34,137 bases of DNA, taken from a virus. Its lineage: Duplodnaviria > Caudoviricetes. A program made the translations under genes and the position numbers. The notes beneath the pieces are model-generated. The model was not told the origin of the DNA, ran no database searches, and saw only the letters and a program-made list of their open reading frames with translations. Shown one piece after another: positions 1 through 7,412 of this stretch (position 1 is the first letter of the stretch; the number at the start of each line of letters is the position of its first letter). The stretch is taken from positions 1 to 34,137 of IMG/VR virus record IMGVR_UViG_3300044675_004382. One strand, given 5' to 3'.

Positions 1-2
1 CT

Positions 3-398
3 TGTCGCTTTGCTTATACGCTTAGAACATTTGCCGAGCAAGATGGATTATTTGCACAAGGTAGAACAAAGCCTGGTCCAATAGTTACAAACGCACGTGG
101 CGGTTCTTCATACCATAATTACGGATTAGCTATTGATATTGTTTTGTTAGTAGACAAAGATAAAAACGGCACTTTTGAGACTGCGAGCTGGGATTTAAAA
201 ACTGACTTCGATGGTGATGGTAAAAGTGACTGGCAAGAGATTGTGGCTATTTTTAAAAGATATGGCTACGAGTGGGGTGGCGACTGGAAATTCGTAGACG
301 CTCCACATTTCCAAAAAACATTTGGCAAGTCTATTGCAGAATTAAAAGCGTTACATAATGCGGGCAAAGTTGACAAGAATGGTTTTGTTTTAATCTAA
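3..398 (+). CDS. Endolysin, M15 family L-Ala-D-Glu peptidase (5' truncated)
   Basis: Frame is open from the window edge: RTFAEQDGLFAQGRTKPGPIVTNARGGSSYHNYGLAID...WGGDWKFVDAPHFQ, matching CwlK/Ply500-type Zn motifs (SxHxxGxAxD, DxPH). Confidence 0.92.
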   Translation, partial: CRFAYTLRTFAEQDGLFAQGRTKPGPIVTNARGGSSYHNYGLAIDIVLLVDKDKNGTFETASWDLKTDFDGDGKSDWQEIVAIFKRYGYEWGGDWKFVDAPHFQKTFGKSIAELKALHNAGKVDKNGFVLI

Positions 399-399
399 G

Positions 400-444
400 C
401 TTTAAAGCAAACGGCCCACAAAGAAAACAAACCTTGCGAGCCGT
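400..444 (-). terminator. Intrinsic terminator of the leftward operon
   Basis: Minus-strand 13-bp stem ACGGCUCGCAAGG/CUUUGUGGGCCGU (411-444), fully paired using G-U only on this strand, followed by UUGCUUU; lies between convergent genes. Confidence 0.7.
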
Positions 445-464
445 GCGTAATGCTAGCGGGGGAA

Positions 465-827
465 TTAGCTACTTATAGTATGTAAGATAGTCGAATGATT
501 ACGATTTAAATATCTTGCTATTTCTGTGGGCCTAAAGCCCTCAAAGTATGCTTGCTTTATGTAAGCGTTGCGATCGTCTACAATTTCTTGCAATCTTCTA
601 CTTTGGCTTATATATTCGTATGTGGTGTTATTTTCTTTAAAGTATTTTTCGCTCCATTCTACTAAAGTTATTTTAGGCCTTGGCTTGCGCTTAACGAACT
701 TTTCTACATGAATAATTTTTTCTACCACCACGGGTTGAAGTCTTGGTTCAAGTATTGCCTCAATGCGTTTAAGGGCGTGTTCGTTGCAACCGGTATATAG
801 TTTTATATAATTAAGAATTTCCTTCAT
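465..827 (-). CDS. DnaA C-terminal-domain-like HTH DNA-binding protein
   Basis: C-terminus SRRLQEIVDDR...TEIARYLNRNHSTILH resembles the DnaA domain IV signature (IGxxFxxRDHxTVxH). Confidence 0.7.
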   Translation of the reverse strand: MKEILNYIKLYTGCNEHALKRIEAILEPRLQPVVVEKIIHVEKFVKRKPRPKITLVEWSEKYFKENNTTYEYISQSRRLQEIVDDRNAYIKQAYFEGFRPTEIARYLNRNHSTILHTISS

Positions 828-993
828 TATTGATTTTTACCTCGTTAAACAATCCAAGCAATTCGCTTGCTAAAACCCAATTTTTCATAGCTTTAAAGCT
901 ATCCAGGTCGTTTTGTAAAAGGTGGGTAACCTTACCTACTAAATCAATTTTTTCTATAATAGTAAGTTCTTGCCATTGTTGATGGTTTGCCAT
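811..993 (-). CDS. Hypothetical protein (60 aa)
   Basis: ATG ORF packed in the operon, overlapping the next gene. Confidence 0.7.
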   Translation of the reverse strand: MANHQQWQELTIIEKIDLVGKVTHLLQNDLDSFKAMKNWVLASELLGLFNEVKINNEGNS

Positions 994-995
994 TG

Positions 996-1112
996 TTAAA
1001 AGTTTTTAAATTTTGATATAAGCGTTGCCGTTAAATACAACGTAATTGCTAAGGGAACCGATACTAACATAAAAAATGTTAGTTCAAAAATAAAGGTTAA
1101 GTATGGCCTCAT
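996..1112 (-). CDS. Small membrane protein (38 aa; not in ORF track)
   Basis: MRPYLTFIFELTFFMLVSVPLAITLYLTATLISKFKNF; ATGA overlap with the upstream stop; fills the gap exactly. Confidence 0.65.
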   Translation of the reverse strand: MRPYLTFIFELTFFMLVSVPLAITLYLTATLISKFKNF

Positions 1113-1237
1113 AAGTTTTGCATTATAGCGGTTACTAAAAAAGCAACGCATACAATGATAAACGCATACATTGGCTTGATACTTTCTTGAGCGTAGCGCT
1201 CGTTTGCTTTTTGTTGGGGAGTTTTTAACTTGTTCAT
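1109..1237 (-). CDS. Small membrane protein (42 aa; start moved to ATG 1237)
   Basis: MNKLKTPQQKANERY...YAFIIVCVAFLVTAIMQNL with a C-terminal TM helix; this start avoids overlap with 1278-1511. Confidence 0.65.
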   Translation of the reverse strand: MNKLKTPQQKANERYAQESIKPMYAFIIVCVAFLVTAIMQNL

Positions 1238-1277
1238 AATTAAATATGCGTTGAATAGACGCACCCCTATTTTTTGT

Positions 1278-1511
1278 TTATGATTGGTATAGTGAAACAA
1301 TTGCGTCTTGTAAGTTCTCAACAAATACTCCGTTTAATTCTGCAACTTTAACTTCATTTACTCCGCGTAAAGTGTAAGCTTTAACATTGTAAAGATCATT
1401 AACTAAAGTAATGTCTACAAAGCGGTTTCTATTACAAACTAATTTTGTAAAGTTTTCAGCCATTACTTGAAATTTAAATCCGATTTTGATTTTAGTTGAT
1501 AATGTTGTCAT
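1278..1511 (-). CDS. Hypothetical early protein (77 aa)
   Basis: ATG ORF directly downstream of a TAnnTTTG promoter. Confidence 0.75.
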   Translation of the reverse strand: MTTLSTKIKIGFKFQVMAENFTKLVCNRNRFVDITLVNDLYNVKAYTLRGVNEVKVAELNGVFVENLQDAIVSLYQS

Positions 1512-1533
1512 AGTTATTTCGTTTTTGATAAAT

Positions 1534-1574
1534 CAAAGATAGTCTTTTATCATTAATAAAAAAATATTTTTAAT
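1534..1574 (-). promoter_or_regulatory. Bacteroidota primary-sigma promoter for the small-gene cluster
   Basis: Minus-strand TATCTTTG (1534-1541) fits the TAnnTTTG -7 consensus, 22 nt before ATG 1511; AT-rich imperfect palindrome upstream. Confidence 0.7.
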
Positions 1575-1623
1575 AAATTTTTTTAAATTAATTTAAAGTA
1601 ACTGAAAATCAACGAGTTATGAC

Positions 1624-2850
1624 CTAAAATAATTTCTTAAAATGACTCAAAGTGAAGTCTTTTTTGTTTTGTACCATGCTATAAATGCGGTCTTCAATGC
1701 CGCCTTTGGTAAAAATCCAATACACTTTTGACGCCTCGGTGCGGTCTTTGGTTTGCATCCTAGCCCTACTTTGCCAATAACTTACGGCGCTAAAGTCTAT
1801 ATTATACATAACCAAGGCATCGGCCGTGCTTAGGTTTATACCCTCCCGCCCGCTTTGTATTTGGCTTATAAACACCGCGTCGCCGCTTGCCTCGTTAAAA
1901 GCCATAGGATCCTCAATAATACGGCCGGCAAACTCAACCCTTAGTTGCATACCCTCGGCAATGTACTTGTAAAAAATAGCTATCTTTTGCCCTTTAAAAC
2001 GTTCTTTAATAAACTTGGCTTTAGTATTGTCAAACATTAGGGCGTTGCCGTCCTCGGTCTTTACCGATCCGCTACAAATTTGGTGTATCTTTTGCATTTC
2101 CTTAACGGAGGTATCGGCTAATACCACCGCGCCGTCCTTGGTTTTAAATAGCTTGTCCTTCTTTATTTTATCCACGGCCCATTTAACCTTGTCCGACATG
2201 GGTACATAAAGAATTATTTCTTCAACTAAAGATTCAAATCCGGCCTCTTCTTGAGTATAGGTTAGCATTAAGTGCTGGATTTCCGTTTGGATCCTTTCTT
2301 GCTTTACATGCGTATAATCCGGCACTTGCATATTATATAAGAACTTTGTCTTAGGTATGCCGTAGTCTTTGTGCCATGCATAAAAGTTTTTATATTCTTT
2401 AAACGGACTATAACTACTTACATAAAATTGATGGTAAAATTGCGCGTAAGTTTCCGGACTTGGCGTGCCGCTTAAATAAATTATAGGCTTACCTAAACAT
2501 ATCTTTTTTAAATCCGTTACCCGATTGCTTGGCTTTGGAAATTGTCCTAAAGCATGCGCCTCGTCAACTATAATTAAATCGTAAGCGTGCGTAATTTTAT
2601 GTAAACTTTCATAGTTTATAACAAGTAAATCGTATAAACAATTAGATTGCTTGAAATCGTCTTCGATGCTGCTTATAGCTTTTTTCTTGGTTACAAATAA
2701 AACCTTCTTGGCACCATATAAACTAGCAATGTGCAAGCTAGTGATTGTTTTCCCAGTGCGGACTTGCATAGCTAAATAAACAAGCTTAAATTCTTTTAAG
2801 ATGTCAATTGCTTGCTCGGCAATATCTACTTGATAGTCTCTTAATTGCAT
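1624..2850 (-). CDS. SF2 (SNF2/DEAD-like) helicase
   Basis: LRDYQ Q-motif, RTGKT Walker A, DEAH, SGTP, GREGINL, QSRARM. Confidence 0.9.
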   Translation of the reverse strand: MQLRDYQVDIAEQAIDILKEFKLVYLAMQVRTGKTITSLHIASLYGAKKVLFVTKKKAISSIEDDFKQSNCLYDLLVINYESLHKITHAYDLIIVDEAHALGQFPKPSNRVTDLKKICLGKPIIYLSGTPSPETYAQFYHQFYVSSYSPFKEYKNFYAWHKDYGIPKTKFLYNMQVPDYTHVKQERIQTEIQHLMLTYTQEEAGFESLVEEIILYVPMSDKVKWAVDKIKKDKLFKTKDGAVVLADTSVKEMQKIHQICSGSVKTEDGNALMFDNTKAKFIKERFKGQKIAIFYKYIAEGMQLRVEFAGRIIEDPMAFNEASGDAVFISQIQSGREGINLSTADALVMYNIDFSAVSYWQSRARMQTKDRTEASKVYWIFTKGGIEDRIYSMVQNKKDFTLSHFKKLF

Positions 2851-3001
2851 GTCAAAAAGTTAAAATATTGACTTATGTTTATGTAATATGTGTCAAAAAG
2901 ATAAGGCCGACATATCCCTAATTACTATAATTATTTCTATTATTGTTATTTTTGCCGGCCTTTTGCCTAATCATATTTAATTGGTCAAAGGCAATCCAAT
3001 T

Positions 3002-3274
3002 CTATATTAAGCCGTCTTGTAGAGGCTCGTCTTCTTTTTGATCCACACGTCTGTAACCCTCTTTCCAAAGGATGCGTGTAAGCATGACCGAGTTTTTAAC
3101 TATGGTAGCTTCCGAGTTGCGAGGATAAAGCAAGTGCAATACCTCATGTATTAAAATTTCCAAGTGCTTTTTCCCTTTAAGGCGTTCGTCTATTTCTATA
3201 ACGCCGTCGCTACTAGCAAGGCCATGCGCTTGCTCGCGTCCAAGCTTACGATATATTATTTTTATCTTAAGCAT
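3002..3274 (-). CDS. Small HExxH metallopeptidase-like protein
   Basis: ILIHEVLH motif preceded by a G...IEID strand (zincin/ImmA-like). Confidence 0.6.
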   Translation of the reverse strand: MLKIKIIYRKLGREQAHGLASSDGVIEIDERLKGKKHLEILIHEVLHLLYPRNSEATIVKNSVMLTRILWKEGYRRVDQKEDEPLQDGLI

Positions 3275-3464
3275 CTTTTTTTAGTTCCAATTCATCAAGC
3301 CTATCTATTTCATCGCTTGGGGTAAATATAACTTGACCGCCTCGCACCTTGGCTAAGTAGCGTCTTATTTCTTGTTCAATGCCATGCACTTCCGCTAGCT
3401 TACTTGTAAGCCACATTTCTTGCTCATATAGTTTCATCTTGTTAAAAGATTTTGGTAGTTTCAT
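3267..3464 (-). CDS. Hypothetical protein (65 aa)
   Basis: ATG ORF overlapping both neighbours. Confidence 0.7.
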   Translation of the reverse strand: MKLPKSFNKMKLYEQEMWLTSKLAEVHGIEQEIRRYLAKVRGGQVIFTPSDEIDRLDELELKKDA

Positions 3465-3681
3465 ACTCTAGTTGAATTAAAAGTTCTAAGTAATGTTTTG
3501 CTTTTTTTAAATCTTCAAGCCCATTTTTTTGTCTATGCCTTACAATATATTTTATAATGTTTCCTTCTATAAAAGGTATATTGTTAGCATGTATAAACTC
3601 GGTAGGTTGTATCTTTAAATCCTTGTAATGTGATCCGCCTACTTGTCCGTCTTTCGGTGAAATTTCCCACACGTTTTGCAT
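3442..3681 (-). CDS. DUF3310 (SaV-like / T7 gp1.7-like nucleotide kinase) protein
   Basis: QVGGSHY...GNIIKYIVR...KNGLEDLKKAKHY signature. Confidence 0.85.
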   Translation of the reverse strand: MQNVWEISPKDGQVGGSHYKDLKIQPTEFIHANNIPFIEGNIIKYIVRHRQKNGLEDLKKAKHYLELLIQLEYETTKIF

Positions 3682-4370
3682 TTGTAAATTATTTTAATAG
3701 TTCCGCTTGCTAAAATTTGTCTACTATGTTTTTGTATATCATCCGATCCACACTCCGGACAAGTGCCTTTGTACTCGCCAAAGATAACGCCAAAGTGCGT
3801 TTTAGCCGGTATGTGATTATTCAAAAGCTTATGGACTTTTTCTAAAAGTATTACATCCATTTTGCAATACTTAACCATTTTATCTAAGGCCTTTTGATCG
3901 TTCTTTAACGCGATGTCCTTCCATAAATCAAACTCGGTTTTAATCTTTTGTCCGATTCCTAAGTACTGCGCAATATAATTAAGCTTATTACTATTAAACT
4001 TAAACTTTGATCGTGCAACTTTTAAAGTGTCAATCGTTGTATAGCTTGGAAACATATCGATGCCGTGAAATAAACAACGTGTGCGCACCCAGGCAAGGTC
4101 AAATTTATCGCCGTTGTGTCCTATTGTCTCGTCGGCGGTGTTTAAAACTTTGATAAAGTCTTGGAGCATCTTTTTATCATTTTGCTTTTTATCCCAAGTA
4201 AGGGCGTGGGTTTCTTTTTCGTCCTCCCACTTATAGCAAATGCAAATAATCGCACGCTCTTTAATAATATTTTGTGGCCCGATATTTAATTTAAACCCAC
4301 TCTGCCAAAAGAAACCGATGTTTGCACTGGTCTCAATGTCAAAGTACAATCGTTTTCTTTTGGTATTCAT
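3639..4370 (-). CDS. RNase H-fold 3'-5' exonuclease (DnaQ/YprB-like) with C-terminal Zn ribbon
   Basis: FDIET, HNGDKFD and YCKMDV exonuclease motifs I-III; CPECG...CKTCG. Confidence 0.85.
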   Translation of the reverse strand: MNTKRKRLYFDIETSANIGFFWQSGFKLNIGPQNIIKERAIICICYKWEDEKETHALTWDKKQNDKKMLQDFIKVLNTADETIGHNGDKFDLAWVRTRCLFHGIDMFPSYTTIDTLKVARSKFKFNSNKLNYIAQYLGIGQKIKTEFDLWKDIALKNDQKALDKMVKYCKMDVILLEKVHKLLNNHIPAKTHFGVIFGEYKGTCPECGSDDIQKHSRQILASGTIKIIYKCKTCGKFHRKTDK

Positions 4371-4383
4371 GGGGTAAAGTTAA

Positions 4384-5133
4384 TTACTTTTTATGAGAAA
4401 GTTGATAACTAAATTCTTTTGGCTTATCATCCTCATGCTCGGCGTGCCATAATTGCTGGACGGCTTGGAATAATGACCACTGCTTTGATGTGTCCATCTC
4501 AGTCACCATCTGCCATCCTGGCCCTTGTATTACTCCATTTTTGCCATAAGTTCTAGTCTTGGCATTAAGCCATAAAATAGCCACGCCATCAATTTTAGGC
4601 ATAATATCGGCCTTGCCTATCGCGGCGGTATATAGCTCGCGGTATGCGGCTAGTTGTAACCAATAGCTATTATAAATGCCGTTGCTTGTCTTAATGTCTA
4701 AAATATAAGTCTTGCCCTCAATTGTGCAAACGCGGTCAATGGTGCCGGCAAAGCCTAAGCCACTATTTATAAATGTTTGTTCAACTAATAAATGCTCCGG
4801 CTTATGGTTGGTGCTAAATTCTACGTAACGCTCAAACATAGCCCATTCGTCAAGACTATATTTAGGCTTGCCGTATTCGTCAAGTAAAGTACACTCGGTG
4901 CCGTAATCATAATCTTCGGTAAGTTGATGCACCGCCGAGCCACGCTTACCGGCGGCGTCTCTAATTTCGTCGGCTTTTGATCCTACCTCTTTCATCCACA
5001 TAATTAATTGCGCCGGCTTTGGGTATGCCTCAAGCAATGTGGTTGCGCTTGGGAAGTAGTTGCCATTTTCATCGGTATAAAAACGGCCGTCCTTAAAAGT
5101 TAGTTGGTTGGATTGTAGGTTTTTAATTAACAT
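4384..5133 (-). CDS. PD-(D/E)XK exonuclease (RecB/Cas4/YqaJ-like)
   Basis: PSATT, RGSAVH, GTIDRV, LDIKTS, LQLAAY. Confidence 0.85.
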   Translation of the reverse strand: MLIKNLQSNQLTFKDGRFYTDENGNYFPSATTLLEAYPKPAQLIMWMKEVGSKADEIRDAAGKRGSAVHQLTEDYDYGTECTLLDEYGKPKYSLDEWAMFERYVEFSTNHKPEHLLVEQTFINSGLGFAGTIDRVCTIEGKTYILDIKTSNGIYNSYWLQLAAYRELYTAAIGKADIMPKIDGVAILWLNAKTRTYGKNGVIQGPGWQMVTEMDTSKQWSLFQAVQQLWHAEHEDDKPKEFSYQLSHKK

Positions 5134-5318
5134 ATAATTTCTTTTATGGTTATTTCATCGGTTTTTTCTTTACCTCCGTTGGCTGCTATTTGTTGGGCCA
5201 CCTCTTCGGCTTTTTCTAGGGTTGAAAATCCTTGTATAAACTTGCCGTCAATACGGATAAAATACCTTGTCTCGTTGTGAAGTAAATTTGTTTCGCTAGT
5301 TATTTTTACTACTGGCAT
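5127..5318 (-). CDS. Hypothetical protein (63 aa)
   Basis: ATG ORF overlapping the downstream gene. Confidence 0.7.
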   Translation of the reverse strand: MPVVKITSETNLLHNETRYFIRIDGKFIQGFSTLEKAEEVAQQIAANGGKEKTDEITIKEIIC

Positions 5319-5337
5319 AAAATTTTATTTATTGGTT

Positions 5338-5370
5338 TAAAAAAGTGTGGCTTTTTGTACGGAAGCCACA
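5338..5370 (-). terminator. Intrinsic terminator after the SSB-like gene
   Basis: Stem TGTGGCTT/AAGCCACA (5346-5370) followed on the minus strand by CUUUUUU. Confidence 0.7.
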
Positions 5371-5393
5371 AACCGCTAACCAATAATCACCAA

Positions 5394-5981
5394 CTAAAAA
5401 GGGGTTTCCTCGTCAAGAACGGGGTTATTATCGTTTGCATCGGCAAATAGTTTAAATGCCATTTGCTCTAGGAATTGCATCATATCGGAATCGTCCCATT
5501 GCTCCTTGCCTTTAACCTTAATCTTTACCATTTGAGGTAAGCCGTTAGGGTTTTCCTTAGTGTAAGCCGGTGCGATTTTTTCTCCGTCTTGGTACAAGGT
5601 AACGCCGGTAATTGTTTTAGTAGCGTCTTGCTTGTCCTTCATAGCCCACGGCATAAAGCGTAATTCTTTACTTACGTCAACGTTTGGCAAAGCTTTTAAG
5701 AAGCTAGAAGAGTAACGGCTAGAGTATGGCAAGCTTACTATATAAGTAGCGTCGCCATCCGTAAATTCTAACTGCCACTGCGTGCCGTACTCGTTAGTAC
5801 GCGTAGTAATATTTTCTAGCTTTGCGGTAAGATCTTTAAATCTTTCCTCAAAGACTAGCTTGCCGGTTTTTGTTAAGCGCTCCGTTGTGCGCTCCGTTGC
5901 TTGTTTGTGTTGGCGTACTAAGTTGCCGTCCGCAACACTGAGGTAAGTTGTGTTTGTACCTCCTAAATTTGATAAAGCCAT
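5394..5981 (-). CDS. Putative single-stranded DNA-binding/recombination protein
   Basis: Beta-rich core with an acidic tail ending DEETPF (SSB-like C-terminus); next to exonucleases; first gene of the arm with its own terminator. Confidence 0.55.
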   Translation of the reverse strand: MALSNLGGTNTTYLSVADGNLVRQHKQATERTTERLTKTGKLVFEERFKDLTAKLENITTRTNEYGTQWQLEFTDGDATYIVSLPYSSRYSSSFLKALPNVDVSKELRFMPWAMKDKQDATKTITGVTLYQDGEKIAPAYTKENPNGLPQMVKIKVKGKEQWDDSDMMQFLEQMAFKLFADANDNNPVLDEETPF

Positions 5982-6014
5982 AATTAAAACGTAGTTTGTT
6001 TTAGACTACAAGGA

Positions 6015-6077
6015 CAAAGCTAAAGTATTTATTTTAAATAAAAAAATTTTTTTATTAATTTTTTTTTAGTATGTTTG
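6015..6077. promoter_or_regulatory. Divergent Bacteroidota promoters with a central 20-bp palindrome
   Basis: Minus TAGCTTTG (6015-6022) and plus TATGTTTG (6070-6077) both fit TAnnTTTG; perfect palindrome AATAAAAAAATTTTTTTATT at 6037-6056. Confidence 0.75.
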
Positions 6078-6093
6078 CAGCAAATCAATAATT

Positions 6094-7071
6094 ATGAAAC
6101 ACGGATCTTTATTTAGCGGAATAGGTGGCTTTGACCTTGCCGCCGAATGGGCCGGATGGGAAAACGTATTTCATTGCGAATGGAATCCTTTTGGACAAAG
6201 AGTTTTAAAGCACCATTTCCCAAAATCAATATCATACAATGACATTACTAAAACAGACTTCACTATTCACAAAGGAAACATTGACATTCTTAGCGGAGGA
6301 TTCCCATGCCAACCATACTCAACGGCCGGGCTTAGAAAAGGAAAAGAAGACGAACGCCATCTATGGCCGCAAATGCTTAGAGCAATTCGAGAAATTAAAC
6401 CAAGTTGGGTTGTGGGCGAAAACGTTCGCGGGCTTATTAATTGGGGGGGGGGATTGGTATTCGACGAGGTGCAAACTGACTTGGAAGCTGAAGGGTACGA
6501 AGTACTCCCGTTTCTACTTCCAGCTTGCGCCGTCAACGCTCCGCACCGAAGAGACAGAGTTTGGTTTATTGCTTACGCCAACAACAAGGGAGGAAGTACA
6601 AGATCTGGTAAAGTTCAAAGCCAGAATGGAGAAATATCCGAATGGTACAACGATGCCGAATCTTGCGACGCAAGTAGTAAAAATGCTTCCAACCCCAACA
6701 GCATCGGACAGCCCAGAAAAGAATACGGGAAAATTGAATCAGGACGGATTACAAAAGAGGGCAAGAAATGGATTACTACCGACACCGACATTGCAGGAAT
6801 ACACGAACAGCACATTACCTCCAAGTCAAATGAATCGAAACAATATAGCGGGCCATCTTTTGAGGCAAGGAGTTTCGGCTGCTTCCCAACTAAACCCCCA
6901 GTTTGTGGAGGAAATGATGGGATTTCCAGAGAACTGGACGGAATTACCTTTTCTAAATGGCGAAACGAATCAATCAAAGCATACGGAAACGCAATAGTTC
7001 CGCAAGTAGCATACGAAATTTTTAAAACCATAAAACAAATAGAACATGAAAAAAGAAACACGAGGCCGTAA
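6094..7071 (+). CDS. C5-cytosine DNA methyltransferase (alpha chain: motifs I-VIII and X)
   Basis: LFSGIGG (I), GGFPCQPYS (IV), ENVRG (VI), PHRRDRVW (VIII), AYGNAIVPQVA (X). Confidence 0.93.
   Translation: MKHGSLFSGIGGFDLAAEWAGWENVFHCEWNPFGQRVLKHHFPKSISYNDITKTDFTIHKGNIDILSGGFPCQPYSTAGLRKGKEDERHLWPQMLRAIREIKPSWVVGENVRGLINWGGGLVFDEVQTDLEAEGYEVLPFLLPACAVNAPHRRDRVWFIAYANNKGGSTRSGKVQSQNGEISEWYNDAESCDASSKNASNPNSIGQPRKEYGKIESGRITKEGKKWITTDTDIAGIHEQHITSKSNESKQYSGPSFEARSFGCFPTKPPVCGGNDGISRELDGITFSKWRNESIKAYGNAIVPQVAYEIFKTIKQIEHEKRNTRP
6239..6997 (+). CDS. Nested +1-frame ORF, putative methyltransferase beta chain (repeats plus motif IX)
   Basis: 252 codons open inside another gene; three L(L/P)TPT repeats and QLNPQFVEEMMGFPENWT, resembling motif IX that is missing from the main frame. 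Confidence 0.7.
   Translation: MTLLKQTSLFTKETLTFLAEDSHANHTQRPGLEKEKKTNAIYGRKCLEQFEKLNQVGLWAKTFAGLLIGGGDWYSTRCKLTWKLKGTKYSRFYFQLAPSTLRTEETEFGLLLTPTTREEVQDLVKFKARMEKYPNGTTMPNLATQVVKMLPTPTASDSPEKNTGKLNQDGLQKRARNGLLPTPTLQEYTNSTLPPSQMNRNNIAGHLLRQGVSAASQLNPQFVEEMMGFPENWTELPFLNGETNQSKHTETQ
6443..6452 (+). repeat. G10 homopolymer inside both methyltransferase frames
   Basis: ttGGGGGGGGGGattgg in an AT-rich genome. Confidence 0.9.
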
Positions 7072-7186
7072 AGCCTTACCCGCAAAAGAAAAAAAGCAAC
7101 CATTATACATAATGGTAAAGCAAAAGTTTATTAAAGAAGTTAACCCTAAACTTAAAGAACTTGAGAGAGAGTATTCTACAAAGTAA
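7046..7186 (+). CDS. Small basic DNA-binding-like protein (46 aa; not in ORF track)
   Basis: MKKETRGRKALPAKEKKQPLYIMVKQKFIKEVNPKLKELEREYSTK; overlaps both neighbours; AT-hook-like RGRK. Confidence 0.7.
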   Translation: MKKETRGRKALPAKEKKQPLYIMVKQKFIKEVNPKLKELEREYSTK

Positions 7187-7409
7187 AGTTATCCGACATT
7201 TTGAATTGCTAGGCTGGTACGTTGTAAAAATAATACAATGCAATAAGAATGGCATGCCCGACCTTATGCTTTTAAAAGACGGAAAAACTTTCTTTATAGA
7301 GTGCAAGGCCGAGAAAGGCCGGCTTAGTGAATTGCAAAAGTACCGGCATGAGCAACTACAAGAACTAGGATTTGAAGTAAGAACAATTTATAAAATGCAA
7401 GAAATTTAA
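7161..7409 (+). CDS. VRR-NUC domain nuclease / Holliday junction resolvase
   Basis: GMPDL...FIECK...GRLSELQ...GFEV. Confidence 0.88.
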   Translation: MRESILQSKVIRHFELLGWYVVKIIQCNKNGMPDLMLLKDGKTFFIECKAEKGRLSELQKYRHEQLQELGFEVRTIYKMQEI

Positions 7410-7412
7410 CCA

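Noticed and set aside
4384-5133. Cas4-like nuclease as part of a CRISPR system
   Set aside because: No array or other cas genes; it lacks the Fe-S cysteine cluster; the context is a phage recombination module
6267-7306. Antisense ORFs 6267-6536, 6615-7103 and 7103-7306
   Set aside because: Shadows of well-supported plus-strand genes with no motifs, unlike the same-strand 6239-6997 frame
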